Shown here piece after piece: positions 54,772-56,327 of a stretch of DNA of 56,327 nucleotides. The DNA is from Nanobdellota archaeon (GTDB lineage: Archaea; Nanobdellota; Nanobdellia; Pacearchaeales; GW2011-AR1). The stretch covers positions 1 to 56,327 of the forward strand of contig JAHJSH010000001.1 in the NCBI GenBank assembly GCA_018830525.1, in the 5' to 3' direction. Numbering within the stretch: position 1 is the stretch's first letter; the number at the start of each line of letters is the position of its first letter. The notes under the pieces were generated by a model. That model did not search any database and had not been told where the DNA came from. It saw nothing but the letters and a program-made list of their open reading frames with translations. The position numbers and the translations under genes are program-made.

Positions 54772-55965
54772 ATGGATACTTCAAAGTTTAATGGTGAAGC
54801 TGGAAAATTAATTAGAAGATGGGCGACGTTTGGAAGAGAATCTATAGAATTTGATTACTTCTTTCCAAACAAACTTCCAAATATGAAAGACTTCTGCAAC
54901 GACCTTTCAATTATAGAGAAATCAAACGAAGCGAACAGGGCTATTGGAGAATTGCAAGGGTTAACAAAAAATATTGGAAATATAGAACTCTTCACTGACC
55001 CATATCTAAGAAAAGAGGCGGTTGATAGTTCAGAGATAGAAGGAACTTTTGTTTCCTTAACTGATGTTTTTTTAAGTGAAGCTGGAAGTAAGAAGCCAGA
55101 ATTTTCAAATCCGAATGTTAAGGAGGTAGTTAATTTTGTACATTCAATAAGTTATGCTCTTGAGCAATTAAAATCAAATAAAGAGATGGATAAAGAATTA
55201 CTTAATACAATGCATAAAACTCTTTTAGATAGTGTTCGTGGTAGAGATAAATTAATTGGAGAATTTAGAAAACAGCAAAACTGGATTAAAAGTAAGGGTG
55301 CTACAAAAGATGTTTTAGATGCAGATTTTGTTCCACCATCAGAAGAGAAAGTTGAAGAATTAATGACCTATCTTTTTGATTATATTAATGAAAAAGATGG
55401 ATATATGAGATTAATTAAAGCAAGTCTAATCCATTATTTATTTGAAACGATACATCCTTACGAAGATGGAAATGGAAGAGTTGGAAGAACATTAATTCTA
55501 TTATATTTAATTAAATCAAAAGTTTTAGAAGAACCAATTTTATACCTAAGTCCTTATTTTAAAAAATATAAAGAAGTTTATTACAATCTTCTAATGGAAG
55601 TAAGGCAAACTGGAAATTATAATAAGTGGGTTAAATTCTTTTTAGATGGAATAACCGAAATGGCAATTAATACATCAAAGAAAGTAAAGAGACTTATTGA
55701 TTTATATAATGACTATAAAAAGAAATTATCAGACATCCATGCTACCCCATTATCTTTTAAAATTTTAGACAAATTTTTTGAAAGTCCTTACTGGTTTATT
55801 TCATTGATACAGGAAGAATTAGGAGGAGAAAATTATCCTAAAACAAAAAGGGCTATGAGGTACTTAGTTGAGGGGGGGATTATAAAAGAATTTACTAAAT
55901 ACCAAAGAAATAAAATATTTGTATCCCCAGAAATTCTAAAAGTTTTAGAAGAAGATTTAATTTAA
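54772..55965 (+). CDS. fic: Fic/DOC (Fido) family protein with an N-terminal inhibitory-helix motif and C-terminal wHTH
   Basis: HPYEDGNGRVGR (Fic motif HxFx[DE]GNGRxxR with Y for F); SSEIEG matches [ST]xxxE[GN]. Confidence 0.85.
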   Translation: MDTSKFNGEAGKLIRRWATFGRESIEFDYFFPNKLPNMKDFCNDLSIIEKSNEANRAIGELQGLTKNIGNIELFTDPYLRKEAVDSSEIEGTFVSLTDVFLSEAGSKKPEFSNPNVKEVVNFVHSISYALEQLKSNKEMDKELLNTMHKTLLDSVRGRDKLIGEFRKQQNWIKSKGATKDVLDADFVPPSEEKVEELMTYLFDYINEKDGYMRLIKASLIHYLFETIHPYEDGNGRVGRTLILLYLIKSKVLEEPILYLSPYFKKYKEVYYNLLMEVRQTGNYNKWVKFFLDGITEMAINTSKKVKRLIDLYNDYKKKLSDIHATPLSFKILDKFFESPYWFISLIQEELGGENYPKTKRAMRYLVEGGIIKEFTKYQRNKIFVSPEILKVLEEDLI

Positions 55966-56147
55966 TCTTTAATATTAACTGGGACTCTAACTCCCTGTAT
56001 CTTAATATAAACTCCTTTAGGATTTTTCTTTAAATCAATTTTCCAAACCTTTGCTTCTTCTTTTGTTAATATTATCTCGGGCTTTGGTGGAACTCTAAAT
56101 AAATCTTTTAAGCTCGGAAAAAGTTTTGTTTTTCCAAATATTGTCAA
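55962..56147 (-). CDS. Doubtful 61-aa ORF (TTG start only, no ATG)
   Basis: ORF track only; abuts the IS200-type hairpin. Confidence 0.15.
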   Translation of the reverse strand: MTIFGKTKLFPSLKDLFRVPPKPEIILTKEEAKVWKIDLKKNPKGVYIKIQGVRVPVNIKD

Positions 56148-56150
56148 CTA

Positions 56151-56170
56151 CTCCGGACTAAAGTCCGGAG
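56151..56170. other. Perfect 8-bp stem / 4-nt loop hairpin, candidate subterminal hairpin of an IS200/IS605 element
   Basis: CTCCGGAC-taaa-GTCCGGAG, 23 nt beyond the tnpA stop codon. Confidence 0.5.
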
Positions 56171-56193
56171 CGTGACCTGCCAATTTCCAAAAC

Positions 56194-56327
56194 CTAATTC
56201 CAATGTTTACTTTGCGATTCCTCTATGTAATATCTAATCCTCTCCGTTGTGACACATCCTATACTTCGAGCGAAATATCCTTCACTCCAAAATTTCTTGC
56301 CCCATAGAAAACTTTTGAAAAGTTCCA
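56194..56327 (-). CDS. tnpA: IS200/IS605-family TnpA (Y1 transposase), C-terminal 43 codons only (gene continues past the right edge)
   Basis: ELFKSFLWGKKFWSEGYFARSIGCVTTERIRYYIEESQSKHWN*, matching the conserved LWG..FWS.GYFA.(S/T)VG....E.I..YI tail; TAG at 56196..56194. Confidence 0.65.
   Translation of the reverse strand, partial: ELFKSFLWGKKFWSEGYFARSIGCVTTERIRYYIEESQSKHWN

Noticed and set aside
1-56327. Possibility that the contig is bacterial (CPR-like), given PlsX, the bacterial-type AspRS, the LtaS-like enzyme, PEP-CTERM, Bro-N/DinD and Fic
   Set aside because: The informational and core genes are unambiguously archaeal: aIF-1A, aIF-2 beta, proteasome beta, aCPSF1, the class I CCA enzyme, TrmB regulators, class III signal peptides and TATA-box leaderless promoters. 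The bacterial-looking genes are better explained as horizontally acquired.

Overview
AT-rich archaeal genome fragment. Archaeal markers are aIF-1A, aIF-2 beta, proteasome beta, aCPSF1, FtsZ, the archaeal CCA-adding enzyme, a KH/Dim2-like protein, TrmB regulators, class III pilin-type signal peptides and TATA-driven leaderless genes. It most resembles a small-genome DPANN-type archaeon (inference). Positions 1-23.9 kb and 26.3-31.9 kb are mostly housekeeping, but several genes look bacterial or eukaryotic: a bacterial-type AspRS lacking the GAD insertion, a GatC-like/UMPH-1 nucleotidase/GatA operon, PlsX, and an LtaS-like sulfatase-fold protein. One tRNA-Asn(GTT) is present. No rRNA or CRISPR array was seen. 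The accessory content lies at 23.9-26.3 kb and 31.9-56.3 kb. (1) A 920-bp cassette behind aCPSF1 is bounded by a 138-bp duplication of that gene's 3' end. (2) Toxin-antitoxin-like modules include RelE and HEPN/MNT, plus several solo nucleotidyltransferases. (3) A roughly 18-kb island of large Cys-rich secreted proteins includes a pilin-like adhesin and proteins with PGF-CTERM-like and PEP-CTERM-like tails. (4) Two radical SAM/SPASM cassettes each sit behind a small peptide ORF that the ORF track misses or mis-starts: a 57-aa peptide with six Cys and six Asp, and a 58-aa peptide ending CGQNQY. These are candidate archaeal RiPP systems and the top finding. (5) Two Bro-N/DinD-like paralogs and orphan 3' gene fragments point to a decayed second copy of one cassette. 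(6) An IS6-like transposase is split at an A10 run, and a partial IS200-type tnpA with a terminal hairpin lies at the right edge, next to a Fic gene. A recurring TTTATAAA-N21-ATG promoter geometry was used to refine several start codons.
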